A stretch of DNA of 64,000 nt from Salisapilia sapeloensis CBS 127946 (Eukaryota; Protista; Oomycota), in assembly GCA_023334545.1 (NCBI GenBank), contig JAADVB010000004.1, positions 1 through 64,000 of the forward strand, given 5' to 3'. The notes below the pieces were generated by a model. It had not been told where the DNA came from and ran no database searches. It saw nothing but the letters and a program-made list of their open reading frames with translations. This document shows positions 40,678 to 52,065 of the stretch, one piece after another. Numbering within the stretch: position 1 is the stretch's first letter; every line of letters starts with the position of its first letter. Made by a program: the position numbers and the translations under genes.

Positions 40678-43600
40678 ATGATGGTTGATAGCCGCTCTCC
40701 TACACGCACAGGAACTACTGAGTTGCAATTATCGAATGCTTCTGGGCCTATAGTAGTAGATAAAGGTAAGAGCTCCCACACGAGTATGAATGAAAGGGGA
40801 AATTTGCCACCCCCGATTAGCATCATGAAAAGGAACCAGAAACAGAGCAAGGATGGGCAGACGGTTTGCAAGTTATCGTCCAAAGAAACATATACAGGCA
40901 AACGTGTTCGCTTTAAAGCCATTTCTTCCGACCATCCTTTGCGTCAATTGAGCGAGCATCGACCACTTGCGAGACACGACAGCCGAGCTGCGATTCGTCG
41001 CCAATCTTCCAGACAGCTCCAAACTGCACAAGACGCAATCGGTAGAACGAGAAGTTGGGTCGAAGGTGCCCCCAAAGGTTCTGGAAGTTACAATTATGAA
41101 CGCAATGTCCGAGCGGCGTTGCAGAGATCCCTGTCAAATGTCGATGCGGACTTAGAAGACAATGAAGAGAGCTCAAGCGAGGACGATGAAGAATTGGAAG
41201 AAGTAGGGGACGACTTGTCTGTGGTACCGGAAAGTGGATGTAGCACATGGAGTAGTCTATCTGAGGACACTTGTGTCAATAAAGACAAGATTCCAGCGCA
41301 CAAGAGGACCAAGTCCATTGCCTCTCCGATGCAGTCCACCGAGACCAATATTATCGAACCTGAGGATTGTCAACTAAGTCTCGACAAAACGAAATCGTCA
41401 CCTCCGATGCATAGTCAAAGTAAATCCGTCTCTTCGTTCGGGTCGTCTTTGCTCGGAGCAGTGAGTAATGTGGCAAACTTTGTCCAAAGCACGGCCAAGA
41501 ATATTGAAACGCAGGTAGAGAGTGTCTATTCAGAAGTACAGGGTGCATACGACGAAGCCGTACTGATAAGCGACGGGTACCATCCATCACTGTACATCCC
41601 ACCACAGAGCGTGGCGGCTTCGATGAACGTCCTGAGCACAGACTCGTCTCCATTAGAAGCAAGTGAGAGTCCACCAGTAATACCCGAGATAAGCGCCTCC
41701 CTGGAAGAACGCAGTCTTCATGCTTCTTCATCCCTTCCTGCTCTTGTTAAATCCGGTCTACCAGTGACCAATTCGATGCATTTGGCGAGAAACAACTCGC
41801 TTCCAACACCGCCGCATAGCTCCCTCGGACAAGTCAAGGTAGACGCAATTTTGATGCGGCATCTCCACCTCATCCAGGGTCTGCTTATAGTCGACGAAGA
41901 GTCGATTTCGTTTCGGCCGGAAAAGCTGTTGGATGAGTCGGGTCGTACGATTGCAGAGCCAAACGCTCCACATCTAACCCCAGACGTCTACCACTTGTTC
42001 TTTAAAGTAAAGGAGTGGAAGCTTAATGATGTAGAGAGCGTGTATCGCCGACGGTATTTGCTGCAGTCTAAAGCACTTGAGATCTTCATTCGCTCTGCGC
42101 GAAGGGGATTTTTGTTTACTATGGCAAAGGAAGACGTGACAACTGTGTACAATGCAATAGTATCACATGAGCCGCAGTTTATACATCGGCATCCGATATT
42201 ACGCCGTTTACGTAGTCCAGGCAGCCTCTTCCGGAATTCCAACATGACGCGTCGATGGGTCAATTATGAGATGTCGACCTTTGACTACCTCATGTGGCTT
42301 AACCGAACAGCAGGGCGCACGTACAATGATTTAGGGCAGTACCCTGTCTTTCCATGGGTACTCGCAGACTATGAGTCGTCCACGCTCGATTTAACTCGTG
42401 TGTCCACATTCCGTGACTTGTCTAAGCCTGTGGGGGCTTTAAATGCATCACGACTGGAATCTTTCACAGAACGCTATAAGCACTTTGACGACCCGGACAT
42501 TCCCAAGTTCCTCTACGGCTCTCACTACTCCCACGCCGGAGCTGTCCTCTTCTACCTCCTTCGCCTCGAGCCGTTCACTTCCTACGCTATGGCCATGCAA
42601 GACGGAAAGTTTGATCATGCAGATCGGATGTTTCATTCGATTCCAGAGACCTGGTACAATTGCCTCCACGATCTGTCCGACTTAAAGGAGCTGACACCAG
42701 AGTGGTTTTACCTGCCCGAGTTCCTCTTGAACACTAACTCTCTTGCCTTGGGAACGCGTCAAGACGGTGAGAAGTTGGGAGATGTTGTTCTGCCACCTTG
42801 GGCTGCGTCCGCAGAAGACTTTGTTCTGAAGAATGCTGCAGCTCTTGAAAGTGAGTACGTTAGCATGAACCTGCACAAGTGGATCGATTTGGTGTTCGGA
42901 TGCAAGCAACGTGGCAAGGCAGCTGCAGACGCGCAGAATCTATTTTTTTACCTGACATACGAAGGCACGATAGACCTGGATGCTGTCGAGGACCCAGTGC
43001 TCACGGCTTCGTTAAAGTCACAAATTGCTCACTTTGGACAAGCTCCTAGTCAACTCTTACGCTCGCCACACCCGACTCGACTGTCTTATACTTCCATGTC
43101 GCCTCGCATCGACAAGTGGATTCCTCACGACCATCCTCTATGCCTCCTACAGGCATTCGCAGAAACTTCAACACTGTTGTGTGTTGACAAGAGCGGCGTA
43201 TCGTCCAGGCATCGCTTTGGATCGACTCGGTCTCCTTTTGACATTTGTGAAAAGGACTGTGCTCAGCCTGATTCACTGCAAATAAAGGTGTCTAGCGAGA
43301 ACACCAAGTGGCTACCACAAGCTGTGGTCAATGCATCGAGTGAATTAGAATGTCAGCAGATAGCGTTTATTGACAACGGAGCCATTCTTGTCGCTATTGA
43401 AAAGCGAGTTAACGCTGTCACTTTCTCGTCCACAAGTGACGGCTCTGTTCGGCTACAGCTGCCATTCGGTGCTTTTGCAGTCACATGTCTTTCTGTGGAC
43501 AAGCTCGGCAGTATGCTTGCTCTAGGACATGATAATGGCTCTATATGTATCTGGAAGAAGGGAGACAAAACTCATCTGCTTGATGCTGTCTACGAAAGTA

Positions 43601-44136
43601 AAGGAACGCTATACGCTCACCAGTTCCTTGCTGGATCCGGTGATAGTGTCAACTGCATCGCACTTTCGAACGAGTTGGAATTGTGTGTAGCTGGCTTTCA
43701 AACGAATGCATGCGTAGCGTATGACCTCCAGGATGCATCGATATTGCATCGCTTTTGCCTCGAAGGCACTCTAGAACCTGGAGTACTTCATGTCGCTATG
43801 TCATCGGTGGGCCACGTGACCATACAGTCCGTTGGATCTGGTAGTCCAAAGCTGTACAGTTTCCATATAAACGGACAACTGCTAGCCGAAACTGACTTGG
43901 GTATCGAGCGAATGACATCGTTGGACGTTAGTGGGAAGTTTGCCAAAGTCATCGTTATCAACAGTCGCAGCGCGATGACCTTGTCAGCCGATACACTCGC
44001 TCTCGAGTCGACTCTACTAATCGATGAGGAAGATGGGCAAGTATATTGCCAGTCCCTCATGCCGACGGAGACGCATGTGCTCTTCGGAGTTGGCGTCGGG
44101 CGACTCGTGTCCCTCCCACTGTTTCAAATCGACTGA
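40678..44136 (+). CDS. PH-BEACH-WD40 protein (1152 aa)
   Basis: YRRRYLLQSKALEIF, WVNYEMSTFDYLMWLNRTAGRTYNDLGQYPVFPWVL, FRDLSKPVGAL, YGSHYS, DLKELTPEWFY, ALESEYVSMNLHKWIDLVFG, QIAHFGQAPSQL, followed by WD-like repeats. Confidence 0.95.
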   Translation: MMVDSRSPTRTGTTELQLSNASGPIVVDKGKSSHTSMNERGNLPPPISIMKRNQKQSKDGQTVCKLSSKETYTGKRVRFKAISSDHPLRQLSEHRPLARHDSRAAIRRQSSRQLQTAQDAIGRTRSWVEGAPKGSGSYNYERNVRAALQRSLSNVDADLEDNEESSSEDDEELEEVGDDLSVVPESGCSTWSSLSEDTCVNKDKIPAHKRTKSIASPMQSTETNIIEPEDCQLSLDKTKSSPPMHSQSKSVSSFGSSLLGAVSNVANFVQSTAKNIETQVESVYSEVQGAYDEAVLISDGYHPSLYIPPQSVAASMNVLSTDSSPLEASESPPVIPEISASLEERSLHASSSLPALVKSGLPVTNSMHLARNNSLPTPPHSSLGQVKVDAILMRHLHLIQGLLIVDEESISFRPEKLLDESGRTIAEPNAPHLTPDVYHLFFKVKEWKLNDVESVYRRRYLLQSKALEIFIRSARRGFLFTMAKEDVTTVYNAIVSHEPQFIHRHPILRRLRSPGSLFRNSNMTRRWVNYEMSTFDYLMWLNRTAGRTYNDLGQYPVFPWVLADYESSTLDLTRVSTFRDLSKPVGALNASRLESFTERYKHFDDPDIPKFLYGSHYSHAGAVLFYLLRLEPFTSYAMAMQDGKFDHADRMFHSIPETWYNCLHDLSDLKELTPEWFYLPEFLLNTNSLALGTRQDGEKLGDVVLPPWAASAEDFVLKNAAALESEYVSMNLHKWIDLVFGCKQRGKAAADAQNLFFYLTYEGTIDLDAVEDPVLTASLKSQIAHFGQAPSQLLRSPHPTRLSYTSMSPRIDKWIPHDHPLCLLQAFAETSTLLCVDKSGVSSRHRFGSTRSPFDICEKDCAQPDSLQIKVSSENTKWLPQAVVNASSELECQQIAFIDNGAILVAIEKRVNAVTFSSTSDGSVRLQLPFGAFAVTCLSVDKLGSMLALGHDNGSICIWKKGDKTHLLDAVYESKGTLYAHQFLAGSGDSVNCIALSNELELCVAGFQTNACVAYDLQDASILHRFCLEGTLEPGVLHVAMSSVGHVTIQSVGSGSPKLYSFHINGQLLAETDLGIERMTSLDVSGKFAKVIVINSRSAMTLSADTLALESTLLIDEEDGQVYCQSLMPTETHVLFGVGVGRLVSLPLFQID

Positions 44137-44223
44137 CCAAATGATTATCCAGTATCTATTCGTGTTGCTATAAACGAATCTACATGTACACCTAGCTACC
44201 CAAAAGCGTCCTTGTACTTGACG

Positions 44224-45237
44224 TTAGCCTTCCATGTCGACATCCTCACTCTCTTCCTTTTCCTCTTCCGAATGGTTATCGTCGCTCCCTGCATCTTCAG
44301 GAAGGTTGGCGACAGCCTGCTTGAGCTCCGTGATGGCATCTCTCACGCTCTCGAGCTGCTCGTCAAGGTAAAACTCTTCCTGCATCTCCTTCTGGAGCTT
44401 GGACAGCATGCCCTCGCACTTTTCAAAGCATTCGAGAGCAGTCTTCAGCTCGTCCATCGCTCGGTAACAAGTGCCGATGAGGAACCAAAGCTCAGCGTTA
44501 TCTTCGTCTTCCTGCAGCACAGTTTCAAGGACATCGCAGGCTTCTTCATGGCAGTCTGCTTCGATCAAGTGCTTTCCAGTAAGTACGCGGAACTCGAGTG
44601 AAGGCATAGATGTTTCGTCGCAGTTTTCCTTCATACGTCGCACCGTTTCCTGAAGCAACGGAATCGCGTCTTGCGGTCGTTGCTGAGTTAACCGGAGGTT
44701 GGCAAAGGCTTGCGTGGGCTCCGGCAAGCCAACGTCGAACTTCATCGCCTCTGTAAGATACTCCTCGCACTTGGACTCGGCCTCGTCCAAGTCACACAGG
44801 TCAGTCATGTAGAGCTCACTGAGACCACAGTAGGCGTCGCAAATCTGCTTCTTCAGCACCATAGCATCTTCTGAAGTGCCGTCAAGTGAATGCAACTCCT
44901 GCTGGAGGTGACCAATGCCCTGCAAAGAGTACTTTTCAGCTTCTTCGGCTTGGGACAGTTGACTCAAGTAAAAGTATTTGGAAGGATTGTCGCTTGGTGC
45001 GATTTGGACACTTTTTAAGAGTGCCTGTTGAGCACGATCAAAGTCTCCTAGATCTGCCAGTATCGTTCCGACAGTGTCCAGGATTTTGGTGTTCGTCGGC
45101 TGCTGCTGTAATGCTCGCTCATAGAACTGGAGCGCCAAGTCTGGCTGGAATTGGTCCATCATCTCCTCCGCTTTCGCGACAAGTTGGTCCACCGTGAACG
45201 CATTGGCTTGTCTCGTTTTCTTGTTGGATCTCACCAT
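44224..45237 (-). CDS. ACL4: Assembly chaperone of Rpl4 (TPR protein); likely start at ATG 45237
   Basis: TPR helices, KYFYLSQL, AYCGLSELYMTDLCD...AESKCE..L..A, PEPTQAFANLRLTQQR, and an acidic tail. Confidence 0.85.
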   Translation of the reverse strand: MVRSNKKTRQANAFTVDQLVAKAEEMMDQFQPDLALQFYERALQQQPTNTKILDTVGTILADLGDFDRAQQALLKSVQIAPSDNPSKYFYLSQLSQAEEAEKYSLQGIGHLQQELHSLDGTSEDAMVLKKQICDAYCGLSELYMTDLCDLDEAESKCEEYLTEAMKFDVGLPEPTQAFANLRLTQQRPQDAIPLLQETVRRMKENCDETSMPSLEFRVLTGKHLIEADCHEEACDVLETVLQEDEDNAELWFLIGTCYRAMDELKTALECFEKCEGMLSKLQKEMQEEFYLDEQLESVRDAITELKQAVANLPEDAGSDDNHSEEEKEESEDVDMEG

Positions 45238-45397
45238 GATGCCCGGTCTAATAAATACTTGGAGGTAGTACAGTACCACTCGAGCGCTTTTGCTGCGAAA
45301 TTGCTCAACTACTTGTCGGAGCCAACCAAGTCAGAATGGGTACGAGGTACCGAACTGGTACAGTTTAAGTGCGCACCTCTTGATAACTAAGACGAGG

Positions 45398-45786
45398 ATG
45401 GACATCCCGACTTCCTCCAGGGAGTTCCATGGCTCCTACTTTTCCATGGGCGACCAGGACGTGGCTTCCGTCGTCTCTGTACCGCTCGAGCTTCGGATCC
45501 TGAGCGCACTGCTCGTGCTCTTGCTCTTTTTACTCTTCCTCATTGCAGTCATTTGGGATCGGTATGGCAAAGAAATCGGGTTGCTCTACACACCGAGTCG
45601 CCGTTCGTTGGACTCGGACTCGAGAGGTATCACGTATTGTATATAGATAAAATTGAATCGGAGGTATTTAGACCATGCTCGACAGATCTAAATGTGAACG
45701 AGGTGGCAGACGAGTACTCGGTGTACCAGACGCTGCCCACATTTTTCTACGAGTTTAACAGTGCTAGCGCCAAGAAGCAGAACTAA
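45398..45786 (+). CDS. Small single-pass membrane protein (3' exon uncertain)
   Basis: MDIPTSSREF...RILSALLVLLLFLLFLIAVIWDRYG (strong TM helix), followed by a GT donor. The downstream frame is ambiguous. Confidence 0.45.
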
Positions 45787-45835
45787 GACTTTTACGCATA
45801 CGAATAGTTCAGGACAGTGGCTTAATTTACTATCT

Positions 45836-46558
45836 TTATCCGTTCTTCTCGAGCAGTTTGACGATGTCCATGGCATCTATGTCCTTGGCCAATTCCACCG
45901 GAGTCTTATTATCCAAATTTCGATTCACCGCCATCTTAGAGTTTGCCGTCAGCAGTACCGCAACAATGGGTGCAAATCCACCCTTGGCTGCCAAGTGAAG
46001 CGCTGCATTCCCTTCACTGTTCATACGGTCGACATCTGCATTGTACTCGATGAGCTTTTCCACGGCCGTGACATGGCCTCCGATCACAGCCTTCATAAGT
46101 GGAGTCACTCCCTGGGCATTGACGTCATCGATATTGGCCTTCGCTTGCACTAGCAACGTTATCGGGTTAATGATGCCCCTCGCAGCCGCAACATGAAGAG
46201 GCGCGTTGCCAACGTCGTCTTTGGCGTTGGGATTGGCACCCAACTCGAGCAACTTGGCAACGACAGGCAGTCTAGAGTGGTTGATAGCATGATGGAGAGG
46301 TCGCATTCGGCCGAAACTCTCTGTCTCTAAATCTCCATCGTGTGCTGCCAAGTACTCGACCACTTCGACATATCCGTTTCGAGCCGCCCACGCCAGAGGT
46401 GTACACCCTAACGGGTCCTTTACATTCACACTCAACGGAGTCGGTGTACTCTCTTCATCTGCAGGTGGCTCCACCAGCGCTTGCAGCAGCGCCAGATTGC
46501 CGACTGCAGCCATCTTGAATGGATTCGTGTCTACTTCCGGCAGCTCCACCTTGGGCAT
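45836..46558 (-). CDS. Ankyrin-repeat protein (240 aa)
   Basis: Repeats GCTPLAWAARNG, RPLHHAINH, GNAPLHVAAARG, GVTPLMKAVIGG and GNAALHLAAKGG. Confidence 0.93.
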   Translation of the reverse strand: MPKVELPEVDTNPFKMAAVGNLALLQALVEPPADEESTPTPLSVNVKDPLGCTPLAWAARNGYVEVVEYLAAHDGDLETESFGRMRPLHHAINHSRLPVVAKLLELGANPNAKDDVGNAPLHVAAARGIINPITLLVQAKANIDDVNAQGVTPLMKAVIGGHVTAVEKLIEYNADVDRMNSEGNAALHLAAKGGFAPIVAVLLTANSKMAVNRNLDNKTPVELAKDIDAMDIVKLLEKNG

Positions 46559-46664
46559 CTTGACAAATATGGAGGACAGGTAACGGTCAAATGCAAATAG
46601 AGCAACGCCTTGAAATGCAAATGAATTCCAGTTCTCATTGCTTTATGGAAAGAAAAACGGCGGC

Positions 46665-48622
46665 TCATTGCGTGCTGAGGGGGGCACTGCGCCGAACGAG
46701 CTGGTCGAAACGCTCCTGCAGCTGCTGTCTCTTCACCCGACGCTTCTGCACGAGATCAGACCGCTTGCGCTGCCACTCGGCGATTTCGGCGTCAGGAATG
46801 CCGTGGTGATCGTCATCCGTGTCGACGTCCAAGTCCAGATCCGACGAAACCGAGACCATGTCCCAGCCCATGGCCCACAGGAGGCTCCTCTCCCGACTTT
46901 CATCCAGCCCAAACGGTGCCTGTCGCTTCGGACTGTCCTTCCGCTCGACTTCATTCGAATCGCTAAGTAGAACTGTTTCCTGGTCTCCGTCCACGCTGCT
47001 CGTGCACGTGGACTGGGACGTGAGGTCGTTCGCAGCCTGTTTGGGCTCTTCCTTGCACTCTTCGCTAGGCGCTTTGCCGGCCTTCTTGCCCTTGCGCTTC
47101 TTCTTCTTTTCCTTCTTCTTCTCCTTCTTTCGTGCCAGCCTCGAGCTCTCTTCGTCCTCCTCTGCCAACAGCTGAGCCATCATCTCTTGTCCGTGCAAAG
47201 CTTCCACCGCCAGGTCGAAATTCCGTCGAATGGCAGTCACAGCGCAGTGCACAAGCAACTCCTCGCCCCGCTTGGCGGACCGCCACGAGTTCCACAGTGC
47301 CTGCAGCTTGTCCCAGATGACCATGCCAAGACAGATGAGCACCTCATCCTGCGCCTCTGCAATCGTCCGCGCATGCCTGTCTCCCCAATCGCCCACAACC
47401 TCCTGACTCGCACGAGTCATGAGCTGCGCCATGTACTCCAGCCGACAGGGCACGACCAAATGGCCCGTTGCGCGAGAGTACGTTACTTCATCAAACAGAT
47501 ACGACGTGTAGTGCAGTTCGTCTCCATAGTCCTCTGGTCCCAACAGTTCGTCTTCATCTTCTTCATCTTCGGCGTCGTCCAGGTCGTGTCCAGGGTGACT
47601 GTGGTCGTGTGACTTGTCTCCAAAGTCCAGACCAGCGCAGTCTTCGCAGTCATCTTCACTACAACTCGTGCCGATGAGCAGGTCGTAAGCTTCCAACACT
47701 TTCTCTTTGCAGCGACAGCAGAACCGATGTCTTCGCAAGTAGTTTTCCAAGTCCGTCAGGAACTGGTCCGAGTCTACGTGCGAGAGATGGCGTTTCTGTT
47801 CCTCCGGCAGCCGATGCCACAGCGCTTCGAAGGCTGCAGGTCGGGGTTTGCCACGAGCTCTTTGGGAGTGGAGGGAACATCGTGCACGATTGGAGGCACT
47901 GGGTTTTCCATTCCGACCGAGCTTATTCAACCACGCACTGCCCCACCGCTCTTGATGTAGAAAGAGAGACTGCAGAGCTTCTGGGTCCTGACGATACCTT
48001 GATACGAGTTTAAACTGTAGAGACACTGGGTCTGGAAAGTACTCTGGCTTGGTGACCGATGTAGATGTGCCCTTCTTCCCCTTCTTTGCAGAGGAAGATT
48101 GTTCAATGCGAGGGTGGTACTGCCGCTGCTTCTCACGCTCCTGGCGGTCTTCAGGACGGTTCGTAAAGAACAAACCGGCGTCTTGGACCAGTGCGGGTGT
48201 GCGATTGCTGCCATCGAGCAGTCGGTAGAAGAGGTCTTCCGTATCGTTCCGACAGCCCATGCAAGGCAGCAGTTCCCGCACCGTGTTTAAAAACTGTGTC
48301 ACGTCACCATGCAAAGACAGTTCTCTCTCGTGCTCTGTCAGCAGCGACCATCTCTATAAAAGCAAATGTGATAAAAGTGAAATTTACTATCGTACGCATG
48401 TGCATATACCTTACGAAACTCACGCGCTTCTGCAGGCGTAGGCTGGCAGTGGCACATGGCCTGGGGAGACGCAGCGTCGCATGATTTACCGCTGATTGGC
48501 GTCCGGCGAGCAGCACCACCGCAGCCTGGTCGACTGCTCTTTTCCTGTATCATGCTCCGACTGCGCTTACTGTCGTTGCCCAGATCGTCGTCCAGTAGTG
48601 AAGCCAAGTCCAGTCCGACCAT
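46665..48622 (-). CDS. GGNBP2: Gametogenetin-binding protein 2 homologue, two exons
   Basis: LPCMGCR, RCSLHS, LENYLRRHRFCCRCKEKVLEAYDLLIG, RHARTIAEAQDEVLICLG and a KKKEKKKKRK tract follow GGNBP2 in order. The upstream exon joins EAREFRK|RWSLLTEHERELSLHG in frame. Confidence 0.85.
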
Positions 48623-48994
48623 ATTCTCTAGACAATGCCAATCTACACAGAAATAGCACAATGCGTGTTAGTGAGGGGCAAAGAGTACGGTGATGACGTG
48701 CATGTAAAATTGGAAGCCACAAAAAAGCCTCCCGACGCGTGCATGGACTGGATCCAACGTTCATCGAATTTAGAGCAGGGGCATACCTCGTATGCGTGTC
48801 TTCACGGAAGAAAGTTCCCTGTCGCTCGACTCGGAGGCAGTTGCGACTGGAATATGCGTTTTTCCGTTCGACTCCTTTGTGGCCTGATGGCTCCGGTGGC
48901 GAAAAATTACGCACAGACGGTAAACTACGCAAATCAAAATCCACTTGGCATTTCACACTGTTAAAAGTACAGAATTACGGTCTGACCGGACCAA

Positions 48995-51546
48995 TCACAG
49001 CTCCACGATATAGTTATCTCCGCTTGGTGCCGGCGACGGCGTCTGCCACGAGCTGCCGCGGTGATCAGCGACTGGACCATCCAACGAATAGGCTAGATGT
49101 GTGCTTGGTAGCAAGGGCGCGTCGAACAGCGGTGGAGCCACAGGAGTCATCGTCGTCTCTTCCGAGCGTCCAGTACTCCATGCTGCATGCGGAGCATACA
49201 TTCCGATGGACGTCGCATCGGACGCAACGTGCTGCAAGGTGTCTTGATATACAGCTGAATACACGTCCATTACCTTTTTCATTCCACGTATTAGTTTATT
49301 TGCAATTAAAACGTAAGAATATGGAAGCTTACCGGCTCTGATGCCCAGTTCGAGGGTTGCTGCATACAAGCGCTTTCATAAGCGACAGAGCTTGACATCG
49401 GTAAGTCTGACGGATGCAGAGTCATATTCGACGGACTAGACAGTGGAAACTGCATAGGTTCGACGGCGACATTAGATCCAACCAACGTCCAGCCTACATC
49501 TTCTCGGTTGACAGCGTGTTCGTCAGTACCGTCCGCCAGCTGGTCGCTCGTCATAGCTAATGGAGCTCGATGGCGGTCAGCTCGGATATGATAAACCTGA
49601 GGTTCTTCCAGCACCTCCAACTGAGTACTGTCGTACGTCATTTCTTGGTCTTGCATCTGTGAGGGCATGTCGCATACATCTCCCTCCGGTACAATTTCCT
49701 CAAGAGGCGAGAAGTCATTGTCGGAAGCTACGTCTTCCAGGTTTCCGACACTTGGTGAGTTGAGTATGTCAGATATCTCCAATTCCACCCCGAAAGCTCC
49801 ACGAGAGGCATTTGAATAAACAAGTCTCCTACTACTTGGCTCCTCTTCCTCTGCTTTCGCTCTTAAGACATCATCCTTTGCCTTTACCGTATCCTGTGCC
49901 ATCAGAAGCTTGTTCGACCTTACTTGTGGCTCTTCTTCTGTCTGCATGTAAGACTCTTCAATCGCTGTTACGACATTTTCCAACACACCTTGGATCACCG
50001 TCGCCTCCCCAGACCTCATTTCTTCTACCCCTTGATCATTCCAAAGTTTCTGAGCATAATGTGCCACTCGCTCCCGTCTAGCGTTCTCCTCACGAGGAGC
50101 TGCTTTCTTTGGAAAGTTGTCGAGCTCACGTAGCCGTACTACCGGAGGTACATCTCCTAGCTCCATCATGTCTTCCTGCAGATACAGAGGTGCTAGGTAA
50201 AGTCCATTGAACTTGCTCTCGACTGCATGACGTAAGTTACGCACTAGAAGCAGTCGTGTGGAGCGAATGAAGTTCTCATCACTGGCACTGAGCAGTCGCT
50301 GACCATATGCAGCCCTCGCCATTCTTGAGATGAGAGCGTCTGCTGCTTTTGTACCCACAGCCTCATACACCTTTGGCATGACGGGGTCGTACACTCGAGG
50401 TTTCTTCCGTTGTGCTGTCGGCGTCTCCATTGCTCTCTTCTTTGCCCGTCTCACCTTTTGGGTAGTAGGCTGTCGAATCACTCGGTTGTTCGCGCCAATG
50501 ACGCCACGACAGTTGCTGGCTCCACACAGACATTCACACAGATCCTATATACACCAGAAGCATGAGCTTATGTCAAAAGTCGATACGAAACAAGAGAAAC
50601 GAACGAGTTGGCTGAACGACTGGAACTTGTAGTCAAAGCTGAGCTCTTCTCCTGCGCAAATGTCCCTAAGAGCAAAGATGCCGCATCGATCTTCACCATT
50701 GACAGACCACTTTTCCACACCACAGTTCGGATCACAACTGTGGTTGATGAAGCGAGCCATGCCACCGCACCGAGTGGCGTCAATGACCTCTCCGGCCTGA
50801 AGAACCATCATGTATCTATGCTTTTCTCCACGGTATTTCTATTTTGTCGTCGTTTGATCAGATGAAGCGATAGCAAGCAAATCACTCCTATGAAACACGT
50901 ACAAGACGACGCAGGTGGTACTCGTCCTCCGTCACGATCTCTCCCAGATACTCGCCAATGAAAGATCCAGCATAAACGTCCTGTTGAAGGAACATGCCCA
51001 AGCCTTTCTTCCCAGCAGAACGCACTTCCGTGTCCGGCATCAATCCGCGTTGGATGCGCTGGTTGTCACACTTACCACCGCACGGGCAATAGCCAGGAAC
51101 GCACTCGATCAATGCCTACACCATTTGTGGCTTGAGTACATAAATTAGAGCTATACAAGTACGTATGATACTTACTGCTCGGTTGATGCAGTCTTCAAGA
51201 CAGCCTAGGTCACCTTCTCTCGGTGGCGTACAGTTGCAAACAGAGATCTCTTCCTGCATGCACAAGAGTCCAGCATAGAATACAATGAAATAGAATTAAT
51301 AGTGGATACCTCCTCAAGAGCTCTTTCCTTGCGCTGGACGTACACATTGTGTGAAAGCAGTTGGATCTCCGCCAAGGCGACGTCGATGGAGCGCTCGCCA
51401 GAGGCACGGCTCATCTCAAGCTCACTTTCGTCCATACTATACTCCATCAAACACAGTAGGATATGAGCAAGGCCAGATTCGTCAACTATAATCTTGGAGA
51501 ACAAAGAGAGGCTCCTACGGGCTCTTGGAGGTAGCGCCAGCCCCAT
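48995..51546 (-). CDS. AWS-SET-postSET histone lysine methyltransferase (Set2/NSD/ASH1-like), multi-exon; 5' end uncertain
   Basis: IECVPGYCPCGGKCDNQRIQ, KKGLG...FIGEYLGE, IDATRCGGMARFINHSCDPNC..EKW...ELSFDY and CLCGASNCRGVIG. The last exon joins EP|VMDVYS and ends at 48995. Confidence 0.88.
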
Positions 51547-52065
51547 TAGCCATCCTCGGACTCCTTCCTTCCGCTTGACGGCTGTTTTTTGACAGGGATA
51601 CTCAGTTCCACTCCATTAATCTATGCAACACTTTAATTAAGTCATCTGAAGGCAATTGCGTTTCCAAGTGACTGGATCGAGATTTGACGACCCATGCCTC
51701 CCAAGGTACCCGGTATCATGTGTATCCACAACTGGTTCCATATTCACAATCAGAATACCTTGGATAGCGAGATGGAACTTCTTCGTAGCAGAATTCATAG
51801 CGTGTATCCTCCTTACTGATTCCAACTTCCTCCAAGCTTCAAGCAACAAGAGCGCGTACGACTTCATTGCACGAGAAGAATGCAGAAGTACAATGCAAAT
51901 AGACCAGATTAAATAGATAGCCACGTGGAAGTAGATACATGTACTTCACCATGTGTCCTTGGGCACGCGCAGACGAAGTCAGACGATAGGGAGATAAGAT
52001 GGGAAAGTATGTGTAGCATTCGTGTGTTTGTTCAAATTGAATTTAATTTCATCTTATATCTTGCT

